From the NCBI RefSeq assembly GCF_001194135.2, contig NC_068990.1:18395228-18436125 (forward strand): DNA of 40,898 nt. Direction: 5' to 3'. The notes below the pieces were generated by a model, which was not told where the DNA came from, did not search any database, and worked only from the letters and a program-made list of their open reading frames with translations. Source of the DNA: Octopus bimaculoides. Lineage: Eukaryota. The position numbers were made by a program, and so were the translations under genes. This document shows positions 24,631 to 36,874 of this stretch, piece after piece. How positions within the stretch are numbered: the stretch's first letter is position 1; every line of letters starts with the position of its first letter.

Positions 24631-25456
24631 ACTGTAATGTTCATAATTCGAGTGTCCACACATTATTATATTTCATGTAGTTCATTTATATCTACAGTCA
24701 TATGAATATTTGCATATTTATACGATTGTGAACATGAGAATTATTACCGAAATGTGATTTATTAATATTTTGTAACATTGCCTTCCTCGTTGCTGCCTGA
24801 TGAAACATGATATTCACTACTATGTCATCCATAATGTCCCCTTGCTATTAATTATTCATTGCATATATATTGTAAATCATGTTCATTTTCAATCAACTTG
24901 AATATTATATGTACTGAGAGTAAGAGACCGTTTCTTGGAAAGTCTTTGGTTTTGCCATTATCTATCAGATATATTGGCACACTTTCTCACAAACAGGCAA
25001 TTCTCCTTCTTTCACGTCACCGTCGCCGTTGCTGTTGTCATCCTCCTCAAAATCCCTGTGCCATCATCACCACCACCATCAAATCTTCTTCTTCTTCTCC
25101 TTCTTCTGAATATTATCATAATTATAGCAATAATAATCATCTTATTACCTTTCTTTCATCAAAGTCTGTGAATATGACTCCCGACAGTACTTTAAGATCG
25201 AATACACGGTCTAAATAATCAAAGTCTATTTTAGAAAATATGACGGCAAATTCTGCAAGCAGCTTCTTAAGTATTCAGTTTTCTCACCTCGGACCGATAC
25301 TTCTGATATAGGCTTCAAACCGAAAATAATTCTTATATTAACGCTCTAAATATTAAACAAGTAGAATTGTAAGGAAATAGGAAAAATTTGCAGAGATTTG
25401 ACATAATTAACTAATAATCAGAGACGTTTATTTTTAAAACATTATTTTCACATTTT

Positions 25457-25656
25457 GGACCAAGGCCAGAAATTTCGGGGAAGGGGTAAGTCTTATGGCA
25501 TAGACTCCAGTGCTCAACTAGTGCGTATTTCATTAACCCCAAAAGAATGAAAGGTAAACTCGACTCCGGGTACACTTGAGCGTAGAACGTAAAGTCGGAA
25601 TGAAATATCGCTAAGAATTTTTTCGGGCGACGTGACGATTCTGCTAGCTCGCCGCC
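25457..25656 (-). mobile_element. tRNA-derived SINE family A
   Basis: Colinear with 5812-5992; minus strand starts GGCGGCGAGCTAGCAGAATCG. Confidence 0.8.
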
Positions 25657-25922
25657 TTAAGCTGTAACGTATATATTATCGAATATTTGTTGTTTTCTCT
25701 CTTAGCAAACGATCAGATGTGATAATGACCACAGCCGTGACCATAATCCTTTTGTTTCAAGTTGAAGAATACTTTAGAGTTTTTGTTTTCAAGAGAATAA
25801 CCTGTAATTTGTGAAAGAATGAATTAAGGTTGTGTGTTATGTCTAGCAGTATAGGTGATCGAAGCTATGACCTCTCACTGACTCTTGTATTTGAATAGTT
25901 CTTTTTAAAAAAATCTTCTTCG

Positions 25923-25931
25923 ATACATACA

Positions 25932-25962
<31 letters not shown>

Positions 25963-26018
25963 TTGTATATGTATGTGCATATATGCATATGTATATGCAC
26001 AGAGTGGGAGAGAGAGAC

Positions 26019-26087
<69 letters not shown>
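25923..26087. repeat. Compound (ATAC)n and (AG)n microsatellite
   Basis: Direct reading. Confidence 0.95.
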
Positions 26088-26090
<3 letters not shown>

Positions 26091-27399
26091 ACAAGGTAAT
26101 CAGAATGTTGGATGATTATATTTTTATCTAGAAGGAAGGGAAAAGAAAAAAGGAAAAAACTTGAGTGAGAGGAAGAGGTAAAGGAGGCGTGGCTTTTGCA
26201 TCATGGTGGTCATACTTGTTTGATTAGGATTCAATATGTTGTTTCTTTCCACTTAGTGACCTTTTGGGTGGCGAGAAAAGGAATTTTTGTATTCAAGTGG
26301 TTAAAGTTTTTAATTGGAAAACCAGATGTTGTTTTTGATTTTCTCCAGTGAGAATTATAATTACATTTCATGGTCTTGTTTATTTTTAATTCTTTTGTAT
26401 TCATTAATGTAAGGGAGAGAGAATGGTTGTATGGATGTGGTCAACATTTTTGGATTAACATTCCATATGTTGTTTTTGATTTAGCCGTATGTGGCTATGG
26501 TTTTGAAAGAATGGTTTTTAAGTAAGTATAGTGATGATGTTAAATACAATCTAAAAAAGTTTAAGTGAAGGAAAGTGTTTCTCAATTAGAGATATGATCT
26601 GAATTACTTTAAGAAAACTTATAAATACGATCTGAGTCTAAAACAAATGGGTAGGGGAAAAAATTTAAATGTCAATGAAAATATATCTTTCATAAGTGAA
26701 TATATTCACAATTATAAATAGAATCAAAATCAAAATGAACAAGTCATAAGGAATCATAAATATAATCTGAATAGAAGGGGTGGTGAGGGAGTCGGAATGT
26801 CCATGGAAATATACCTTTTCCCCAGTGATGATTGGTTTCATACAGGTTATGTTTGGAGGAGGCCAAACATAGGTATTTTAATATTCGCATTACTTCTTCT
26901 CAATCATATTTTCTAGGAATCTTGGTTTGGTGTACAACACGTTAGACATTTTGTGGCTCTTCCCCAATTTCCATTTGGAATTCATTTTCAAAATACGATG
27001 GAGTACTTACACTAGGAAGCAAGGTGACCATGGTTTCTTTCTACACAAGGATTTGTTAGTGGACCTTTGCTACTCCCATATATGTTACACCTCCTTTGCT
27101 TATTTTAGTTACAACTTTCCCTCCTTGAAAACATGTTTCGCACTCGTTCAATTTCACACATACAAATTCCTTCCTTCTTATGTCCCTCAACAACTATTTT
27201 AACTTTTGGCTTCTATTTCCGCTTTTGGTTTTACGATGGTTTCTTATCATCCTTCTGAAACTCTATCAAATTTCTTCATAGTGTTTTCTAATATTTAAAT
27301 AATATCCATTAATGTATTCCTTGTCATTTCGTCTCTCACATAACTCTTAACTACTCTCTGAATTTCCCCTTATTATTTATCGTATAAAAGAGATTCATA

Positions 27400-27930
27400 C
27401 TTATAGTCTTGTATACACACCTAGCCCCATTCCACATTCCACATTCCTCACACCTTACGATTTGCCTCACACTCATTCGCTACCACCTGCTTCCACACAT
27501 ACACCCACATACACCTATTTCATCCCACCCCAAAACACCACACACTCTACTAACTTACCCCAATGTACTTCCGCAATTACTTGTTCCTACATAAATATAC
27601 GCATCCTACAGATTCACGTAAATACCTCACAGATATGTCCGCTTCCAGACTCTCCCAAACATGGACTTACACTCCCTTCCACATTCTTCCCTGATTTCTT
27701 CCCCACTGAACCGCACTCCCATTACGTTCCAAACTCCTTCACCGGATTATTCTTCTGCTCTCACTGACAATTGCTCTTCCTCACTCTATCTGTCTTCTAT
27801 GTATTCAGGTGAGGAAATTAAATCCGAAAGGATAAGTCTTTCTCTTCACATTAAAGTGTTACGCTAATAGCGTTTTTGCTAATCCTACACCTCCTGTGTT
27901 ATTAGTTTTTTCTATCCTTCATCACGTTTC
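27400..27930 (+). mobile_element. Degenerate LINE-like 3' end (clade unresolved)
   Basis: C/A-rich plus strand with few stops, a residual ASRLSQTWT peptide, and a 3' UTR-like segment ending in T/C-rich repeats. The match to an octopus LINE end is from recollection only. Confidence 0.35.
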
Positions 27931-28009
27931 TCTTTCGTTTCCTGCATATCTCCATCTCACCTTTTTTTTCTCTCTCTCTCTTCATTCACGCCCCTCTCCC
28001 TCTGTATAA

Positions 28010-28036
28010 ATATATATATGTATGTATGTATATGTA

Positions 28037-28100
<64 letters not shown>
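28010..28100. repeat. (AT)/(ATGT)/(TATC)n microsatellite
   Basis: Direct reading. Confidence 0.95.
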
Positions 28101-28424
28101 GACTGACGTATTTTGTCGCATCGGCTCCGAAGGTAATCGTTTTATTGACCATTTATAGCCCACATTTTGTTTATATTTTTGCACATAAGGTGTGTGAAAC
28201 ACCCAACTTTCGTTTGAGTGTCTTTCCAAGCGAGGTATTGGCCCCTAGGGGCAGTTTCAACCTTGATTAAATTGTATATTTTTCTTCTCGACTTTAAAAA
28301 ATGTTGAGAAATGTCATCATAGAATGCTGGTTAAATTCCTTCATGGACCAGGCTTTCTCTAGCCTTTAAACGCTATGAGAAAAAAAAAAGATTAACTGCT
28401 GCACGCACACACATACAACTACAG

Positions 28425-29200
28425 ACATGAAAATAAGAAATCACGGGCAAACCTGACTGACGTGGAAGTTAACGCTGCAACTACGATCGTTAACAGCCCT
28501 GTCACCACCACCACCAATGTGTTAGCCAAGAGGTTGGCGCTTGTCATCGAGAAACTGGTGGACAAGGTGCAAGCGTGCGCCGTGCCGGGCCGGAGCATCC
28601 ATGACAACTTCCGTCTGATGCGCTACATCGTAGACAGGGTAGTTAAGGAACCTGGCATGGGTGGGGCCCTGATCTATTTGGATCAATCCAAAGCTTTCGA
28701 TAGGGTAGATCATCGATATTTGGAGGCTGTCCTCATAGCAGCCGGTTTCAGTCCCGTTTTCCGCGGCTGGGTGGCTGCCTTGTACAGAAGCATCCGTTCG
28801 GTAATTCACTTGAATGGGCATCTATCAAAACCTTTCGACGTTGCACATTCGGTCCGTCAGGGATGCCTCCTCTCGTCACTTCTGTACGTATTGACTCTCG
28901 AGCCACTAATGCGGAAGCTGGCGACGCTGAGGGGCATCCCGCAAGAACTGAGGTGCAGGACGAACGTGTCCGCATACGCGCATGACGTCGCCGTCAGAGT
29001 GTCTTGCCACGAACACATCGAGCTGGTCGGCAAGACACTGAAAGACTACGAAGCGGTGACGGGAGCGAAAATGAAGAATGGGCCGAGGTGAAGCTGTCCC
29101 TAAGTGGTGGCGAACGCGTACATCACGTCCGTCATCAACTACCGCCAGACCGTCGTGCCTTGTCCCGACTCTACCATCACCAAACTGGAAGGCAACTTCT
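28425..29200 (+). mobile_element. Tx1/L1-clade LINE fragment with reverse transcriptase (inactive, internally deleted)
   Basis: ORF 28462-29091 reads VLAKRL...QACAVPGRSIHDN...LDQSKAFDRVDH...NGHLSKPF...SVRQGCLLSSLLYVL...AYAHDV...YEAVTGAK. YADD reads YAHD (28975-28986). The downstream KLSL / VANAYITSVINYRQTVVPCP..TKLE is the post-RT region. GC content is much higher than the flanks. Confidence 0.9.
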
Positions 29201-29224
29201 TCCTGATTTCAGCTGACTCCTTCA

Positions 29225-29530
29225 TTGTGTCGAGAACGATGTAAGCTTTCGGAAAACTTTGCGTAGGCGCCTGAGCATGTATTACAAAGTTTTTGGCAAA
29301 ATTTTATGCTGATTCTCTGCTCAACTTTTTCTGTCACGGTCAATGCGAGGATCACACGCTACGCACCTTCATTCCAAGCAATGCTGCAAAATAGGAATTA
29401 AGGTATGACGTTAAAGCTTAAGGCGCATGCACAACAGAGTTCAATGTCAATCGGTGCCAAGCGGCTTCACTCTACGTGCTTTATCTTTGTTAAAGTGGCA
29501 ACTGTTCTAATACTTACCGACCAGACCACG
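29225..29530 (-). mobile_element. Mariner transposon 5' end with transposase N-terminus
   Basis: TA (29531-29532) then CGTGGTCTGGTCGGTAAGTATT TIR-like start. From 29337 the minus strand reads (M)TEKVEQRISIKFCQKLCNTCSGAYAK, matching the mariner EQR.CIKFC.KLG N-terminus. Confidence 0.75.
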
Positions 29531-29584
<54 letters not shown>

Positions 29585-29589
29585 TATAT

Positions 29590-29627
<38 letters not shown>

Positions 29628-30245
29628 TCTGCTTCAGAGAATTTATCAACAAACTTCCATTTCTTCTTTTCCGTAACGATTTCAAAAGTAATTCTTTTAA
29701 CACCAGCATAATTAAATACATGTAAATGGCGTTAGGATTTTACATTTTCCCCATTGTAACGCATGTTCCAGCACATGGATGGAAGACATTGTGAAAATAT
29801 AATATCAATACAAAATGATATATGTATGTGTGTATTTATGAATGCATACACACACGCACACACACATGAAAAGAATATTTATTTATGAATCGGAATAAGC
29901 ATTAATACATGCATAAGAACAGTGACTCCTGTCACTCAGAGATCAACAAAAATATAAAGAAGCACATTAATAATAAGAGAATGGCGCATTCAGTTCATAT
30001 TTCTGTCTTTTGTTTTGTCTTCTTTTGTATCCCTTGCTTACTGTTGCTCAATAGTTCACAAAATATGCATATACCCTGAAATACACATCTATGTGTGTAT
30101 GTATGTATGTATGTATGTATGTATGTATGTATGTATGTATGTATGTATGAATGTATATATATATATATGTATACATATATGTTTCTATATATATATCAGT
30201 CCTTTACTTTAAACGTATCTATGTATATATATATATATATATATA

Positions 30246-30616
30246 NNNNNNNNNNNNNNNNNNNNNNNNNNNNNNNNNNNNNNNNNNNNNNNNNNNNNNN
30301 NNNNNNNNNNNNNNNNNNNNNNNNNNNNNNNNNNNNNNNNNNNNNNNNNNNNNNNNNNNNNNNNNNNNNNNNNNNNNNNNNNNNNNNNNNNNNNNNNNNN
30401 NNNNNNNNNNNNNNNNNNNNNNNNNNNNNNNNNNNNNNNNNNNNNNNNNNNNNNNNNNNNNNNNNNNNNNNNNNNNNNNNNNNNNNNNNNNNNNNNNNNN
30501 NNNNNNNNNNNNNNNNNNNNNNNNNNNNNNNNNNNNNNNNNNNNNNNNNNNNNNNNNNNNNNNNNNNNNNNNNNNNNNNNNNNNNNNNNNNNNNNNNNNN
30601 NNNNNNNNNNNNNNNN
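30246..30616. other. Assembly gap (371 N)
   Basis: N run after (ATGT)n/(AT)n. Confidence 1.
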
Positions 30617-30793
30617 TATTATTACAAATGCCACCTCATAAGCAATATGTATTTCGTGTCTGGCATATACACGTGCCTACATTCATACATATGTAGGTAT
30701 ATACATATGAACTTTCAATGACACAAATATATATCACCTATACATCTATCTATCGATTTCTCTCTCTGCCTGTATCATCTATCCTTCCATGCA

Positions 30794-30861
30794 CCTACCT
30801 ACCTACCTACCTACCTACCTACCTACCTACCTATCTATCTATCTATCTATCTGTCTATCTG

Positions 30862-30928
<67 letters not shown>

Positions 30929-30945
30929 GTCTATCTATCGATCTA
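30794..30945. repeat. (CTAC)n-(CTAT)n compound tetranucleotide repeat
   Basis: Direct reading. Confidence 0.95.
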
Positions 30946-31064
30946 TAAACACGCATACATACATGTGTGTTGTGTACGTATGTATGTGTGTATATATGTG
31001 TATATATTGTAAATTAATTCCTTCTATATTTGAAAATATGCGAAAAAAGGATTACCTATAAAAG

Positions 31065-31450
31065 CAAGATTGTTTTGGTCCTTTCGTGTCTATTAATATT
31101 CAAGAACATTTTCCGGTAATCATGTTCTATGCGCACGAATGTTATTTTGAGGCCTGCTGGTGCCTTGCAAACCTTTTGGCAAATGGAACAAATTAAGGAC
31201 ACAGTTTGTTCGAGTGCTTGTGTATCATTTGCGACGTGTTTCTTTGTGTGGTTGGCCTGGCCGGCTTTGCTCCGTGCCATAAAACCACAAACACAGGTAA
31301 GGTTTTCATTTAGAGGAGCAACGTTTTGTCAGTGTGCTTTCATGCTTGCACGAAGTTGGTTGCGAGTCGACTTTGCTCATATTTTTGAACTGAGGAGAAG
31401 CATGATTGGCGCTAGGTCCTGCGTCCCGATGCTTTGTTTTCCAGGATGAA
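31065..31450 (-). mobile_element. RTE-type LINE 3' end with two C2H2-like fingers
   Basis: Minus strand reads LENKASGRRT*RQSCFSSVQKYEQSR (WE..A.DR..WR......FE..R motif), then TCVCGFMARSKAGQANHTKKH and CSICQKVCKAPAGLK, with IRAH after a frameshift. Confidence 0.7.
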
Positions 31451-31492
31451 AAGGGACTAAAAGATTGTCTTTTAGTTTGTCGCTCTTTTTTG

Positions 31493-31546
<54 letters not shown>

Positions 31547-33551
31547 TATCTATCTATCTAACTTCATATCGCTCTACCTATCTTTACAAATATGTACACA
31601 TAATCATACACACACACACACAAGTGTATGAGTTGTGCCTTTGTATATGTGTCTGTATACATGTGCGTATGTTTGTCAATATATGCGTGTGTATATAGTA
31701 TACATGGAATATCTATATTTATAACATCAATAAGAGCCACGCAACAGATCCGAATAGCCCCAATTAATATTTTATTACAACATAATTTTTGGAATCCAAT
31801 CTTTTCTGAAAAAAAAATACTTATTTTAAAATTCGATAATACAAAGCTACAAACACCAGTGCAAACTTTACCCCATATTTGAGCTATGCTCCGTGACGCA
31901 TCAAGCACAATTATCTATAGACGTTCATTTCCGAACCCAAATTTTACAAGAAAGCAAATTTATATACAAATAATCGTGGTTCATACGAAAATCTTCAAAC
32001 ATTATACACCTTGATATGACATATATCTTAACTCGATTATTTTCACGCCTGAGTGAACCCTTAATTAATAATGAAATTCATTTATCAAACGAGAATAATT
32101 TTCTTTACGATGGTTTTTTTTTTTGCAATCCAAAACCCACAATGCTTTCCTCATATCCTTCTCTGTTCCCCGCTACTTTCACAACTACTTTTCCCGTCTA
32201 TCTACAGCACCTCCAATTCTCATTCACATTACAACGTCTTCCAAAGAAATAAACTGTCAAAAACTGTATAAAACCAGAAAAACTCTGATGACAGCAAGCA
32301 AGCCGCAGTTTCAATGTCATTGTCAGGTTTTTCACTGAAAAAAAAAACAAAAAAAAACTGAAATGTACTCCAGAAAAAAGTACTGAATAATCCTTCCTCT
32401 TAATGTTAATTTTCTTTTATATATAACTTCACATATAAACAAGGTTTAGCACGCACACACATACACACACTCACGTACACACAGATATACACACACATAC
32501 ACACTTAGTAATTTATTTATTTGTATCTACGCATATTTATGCATCATACATACACACGTATACATTCATATGCATACATATGCACATACACACAAACACA
32601 TACGCACATACACACGCATACATATCCTGCTTTATAACTTTTATCGGTTTGAAACAAATATATGACATCATACTGCGGAAGAAGTGCTCTGAAATGAACA
32701 TATATGAAGAGACAAGGAAAATACTCACCTTCAGAATATTTTTCCTATATCCATACAACACATATAAGTAAATTTTTTCTTGCATTGAGATATGTCTGGA
32801 CAAATTGACACAGATTTAAAAGCCATACAAAATTTTCTATTGATTTGAGACGTCTAAGATTTAACAATTTAAATGTCTTTTCGTTTTATTTCCTCATCGG
32901 TTGTATCACATATAATAATCTCAAGTACATAGTCATACGTACCTTTCAAATAGATTTCACGAATATGATTGTCACCAATACTTTGAAAATAATCAATATA
33001 TTTATAAAAAGAAACGAAGATAATTCCACTGCAACTGTTTACACTGTCTTTCGAGGTTTGCACAATATCGTATTTTTCATATAGGGTGTAGCGCTTCAAC
33101 TCAGTTAAAGTTTAATAAGACATATATATATATAAAAATCTAATAACGCGTAAAACATTGAAATTAATTCCAGATAAGTTTACATCGTAAAAAGATACGA
33201 ATTCACGACTTCGGAATCAGCTAACTGTACTGCTGAAGCGATTACATATTAAGAAATGTCGCGTCTATTGATGCAAAGTTTAAGATTGTACTTAAATACT
33301 AAATAGTTATGGTGGAACGTGAATTTAGAAAAGAGACATCAAACGTAGTTCTACCTTGGGGAAAACAGGAAAGACGAATACAACAAAATTATGGAATTAT
33401 ATATACAATCAGATACAGCATGCGATTGAATTCAACATGAAAGATTTGATTGAGACGCAAACAGTGTTTGCGTGTGTGTGCGGCATGAAAACACACGCGC
33501 GCGCGCACACACACGCACACAGAGGCAAAGACATATATATTTAAGGAAAGA

Positions 33552-33845
33552 TTTTCTTAAATTAAAAATTATTAGTTCTATAAGAATCTGAAGAAAAGAA
33601 ACCCGAATGACGCAAATCTTTTTGAAACAGGTTTTCGTATATTGTAAACGCTTTTGCTGTTTACAGCTTTAGAAAAACACGCTAAGCAGTAATCTGCATA
33701 GAGGAAGTTGTTTTTAGTGTGTTTGAAAGGCTGTAAAGAGTGAAAGCGTTTACACTATATGATAACAGCTTTCCAAAACATTTGTGTTGTCTTGGAGATT
33801 TTAAGATAATTTTAAAGATAATTACAAATTTTAAATTTAAGAAAT
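33552..33845. repeat. Old, degenerate foldback of about 295 bp
   Basis: TGTAAACGCTTT (33643) pairs with AAAGCGTTTACA (33743-33754), TTTACAGC pairs with GCTGTAAA, and TTTCTTAAATT (about 33553) pairs with AATTTAAGAAA (to 33844). The central spacer is about 28 nt. Confidence 0.65.
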
Positions 33846-33890
33846 TCTACCTGCAAATATTGCGTCTATCTCAAGAATTTTTTCTGAAAG

Positions 33891-33910
33891 CTACCTACCT
33901 ACCTACCTAC

Positions 33911-33971
<61 letters not shown>

Positions 33972-34012
33972 GATCGATCGATCGATCCATCGATCCATCC
34001 ATCCATCCATCC

Positions 34013-34079
<67 letters not shown>

Positions 34080-34080
34080 G

Positions 34081-34130
<50 letters not shown>

Positions 34131-34142
34131 TTATCTATCTAT
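33891..34142. repeat. Compound tetranucleotide array CTAC-CTAT-CGAT-CCAT-CTAT
   Basis: Direct reading. Confidence 0.97.
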
Positions 34143-34189
34143 CTTTCTACATAATATACATAACACACACACAACACGTACACATATAT

Positions 34190-34440
34190 AGTTCAAATTT
34201 ACAGGAAACAAAGGCCGAAGACACGTGAGGGAACAACAAGCGGGTGTATTAGTTTTACGCTCGGGAAGCATTGAAAGTCTTTGCCGTTTCGAGCCTATGT
34301 TCTTCGACAAAAAAGATTGAGAGGAAAACAATGGAAAGAGAACGAAAGAAAACAAAAACGGAGAGAGAAACAATATGTAGGGATTTAACGGCTCAACATG
34401 ATGAAATGACCGGAAGAAAGATGCAGAGTGAAAGGGAGAT
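34190..34440 (-). mobile_element. Penelope-like element terminal (pseudo-LTR) fragment
   Basis: Minus strand has a pyrimidine-rich tract, then GTCGAAGAACATAGGCTCGAAACGGCAAAGAC (hammerhead-like box typical of PLE ends), ending TGTAAATTTGAACTATATAT. Confidence 0.55.
34278..34314 (-). ncRNA. Degenerate minimal hammerhead-like motif
   Basis: Reads UUUU-UUGUCGA-A-GA(ACAUAGGC)UC-GAAA-CG-GC-AAAG. Helix I is 4 bp and helix II 2 bp, but the core deviates at positions 3, 6 and 16.1. Confidence 0.3.
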
Positions 34441-34510
34441 AATAATAATGACCCAACTGAACCTGGGTGCGCAAGTCCGTGTGTGCATGTCAAAATATTG
34501 TGTGTGAGTG

Positions 34511-34542
<32 letters not shown>

Positions 34543-34574
34543 NNNNNNNNNNNNNNNNNNNNNNNNNNNNNNNN
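34543..34574. other. Assembly gap (32 N)
   Basis: N run inside (AT)n. Confidence 1.
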
Positions 34575-35179
34575 TATATATAAATACATACATACATACA
34601 TACATACATACTTAAGCAAAAACTACATATACTTGCGCAGACTTGCGTTCCACGATATTTCTCTCTATTCATTCTGTATCTGTCCCTCTTGATACCCCTC
34701 TGTATATCTGTCGGCCGATCGATTTAATCTAATCGTGTCTAGCTTACATATCCCATACTTTCTCTACTGCTTTATCCTAATGACCTCTTAAACTCCTGGA
34801 TACTTTTCACCGACCTACCCGAATTTTCGCACTTTTGTATTAGACTTATTAACTTTAATTACTCTAATGTAAATATAAACAGGTTTAGTGTTTTAATTAC
34901 ATGGTAACATTAATTACATGTTAATTAATTTGATTAAAATGACATAATTAATATAGCAGATACTAATGAATACAATGTTTAGAATAAACATAATTGATAT
35001 AGCAGACATTATTTATGAATCTCACTTTTTGTTACTGGGGTCCAACAGTATATTTTGCAATATTTGGTACAGTGTTTATAAAAAGATGTGGTAAATCACT
35101 ACACTGTACTATTTGGTTTATATTTGCTTTGTTCTCCTTAGAATTTCGTAACTTCGGTAAAATTACTCTGCCAAACATC

Positions 35180-35253
35180 GACTGATGAAAGGGGGAATAA
35201 ATAGCACATTTTCCTACACATAGTGTAATGGTACCTCACTTGAAACGGGTTTC
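35180..35253 (+). ncRNA. Candidate minimal type I hammerhead ribozyme
   Basis: Intact CUGAUGA (35182-35188), GAAA (35242-35245) and GUU site (35249-35251). Helix II AAGGGGG/CUCACUU pairs 6 of 7, while helices I and III are only 2 bp each. Confidence 0.45.
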
Positions 35254-36771
35254 ATTTCAAAACCCTCTTTAATTCTATCGTCATTCTGTCACTCAGCTAT
35301 CAACTCTGATTGTTTTCTTCTATTATGAATACAAATACTTTTTTTTGGTATCCCACGAGGAATTTTTTGTGCAACGAAGTCGTTAAAACTCATCTCAAAA
35401 TCTTACTCTAACTTTTGTAGACGTGAACGTGTTCCTTTTTTTCCATCCGTAAATAATCGTGTACGTGATTTACAAACCGACCAAGAAGCATTTCCACCAA
35501 GGTTTTTCTTTTACAAATGATTTTAAGCCTGAATCTATTCACAGCATTCTTTGCGAGTATCACATTAATTTGCTGTTGCAAATTTGGTCTTTTTCGTTCC
35601 TACGAATAAAGGCATTGCTTTCGCTCGGTGAACTTCTTGATATACAGGCAAATCTTCAATAGTAATGTCATAATGACTGAGGAAGCTTTCCCTACAAAGC
35701 TTTTTGCACAACCAAGAAACCGCGGTGTGGAGAATTAGACTTAAAAGATACTGACTACGTGAGTCATAAAACTGATGGAATAGCTAAGTGTGCAAGGCAC
35801 GAGATTGGATTTTGTGGACAGTAAAATGTTCTATAGCTGAGCCTCAAGACATTTGCAGGCAAAGTCCTTTTTGATTTTGATATACGACATGAGTGAGTTC
35901 CATATATTCTCTCCTACTCCATGAATCAGACAATGTAACTTGTTATAACTGAATGAAACCAAGTTTAAAGCAGCAACTTCTTTAGAGATTTTCATAAAAT
36001 TATCAGAAAATCCTGATATTAAAACTATTTCTCCATCTGCGTGTACTTATATATATTTAGCTATGGATTGTGAGATCTTATATGAATTAATGAGACATTC
36101 ATGATGTTTCGATTTACTCATGATTTGTAAGTCTGATGCACTTTTCTTTCAAGAGGAGTTGTAGGAAAGTAATACGATTGATGTAATGCTTTCATTGTTT
36201 CATTATATATGATTGTTTTTACAATAATGACACATAAGTCACTGATGATCTGAAAGAAGAATAATAAACTTACGTTGCCAATAGTTAGCATTATACTGAT
36301 GAATATTGCTTTTAATCAATGGCTTAAATAAATGTAAGATTGATCTTACTATTTGATGCATTTCCCACTTGCTCATAAAAGGAAGTGGTGCACAAAATTT
36401 TAAAGCATCAGCTTTCACAAATGACATTAAAACAAAATATTATTTGATAAGCAAATTCCCATGTGCGTACTTTTTTGAACGTTAATTTTCTGCATAAAAA
36501 GTACAAGTGAAATTACATGCAATGATAAATATGTGATACATAAAAATTTGTTTGAAACAATAAGTAATTAAAATTTATTTGTGATTTTACGAGGCATTAA
36601 TTGTATTCAATATAGTAAAAAGTCTATATATAAAAGCATAGAAATTGTTAGAAGCACATAAATATAGAATTTATCAAAATATTAATCTAATTAATAACCA
36701 AGTCATAATAAATAAACATAGTGCACGGGAAAATGCATTTACTTTATGCTATCAATTGAAAAAAGTCCGTC

Positions 36772-36807
<36 letters not shown>

Positions 36808-36874
36808 ATGAAATGAAAATGGAGAGTTTTAACATAGGGAAAATCAATTTATTTATATAACGTACGTTTCAATT

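Noticed and set aside
24859-25218. Overlapping ORFs with TTT/SSS/HHH runs
   Set aside because: Explained by mixed trinucleotide low-complexity sequence.
31129-31449. 106-aa plus-strand ORF
   Set aside because: Antisense shadow of the RTE fragment on the minus strand.
35677-35701. CUGAGGA followed by a perfect AGCUUU/AAAGCU stem
   Set aside because: The obligatory GAAA after the stem is replaced by TTTT.
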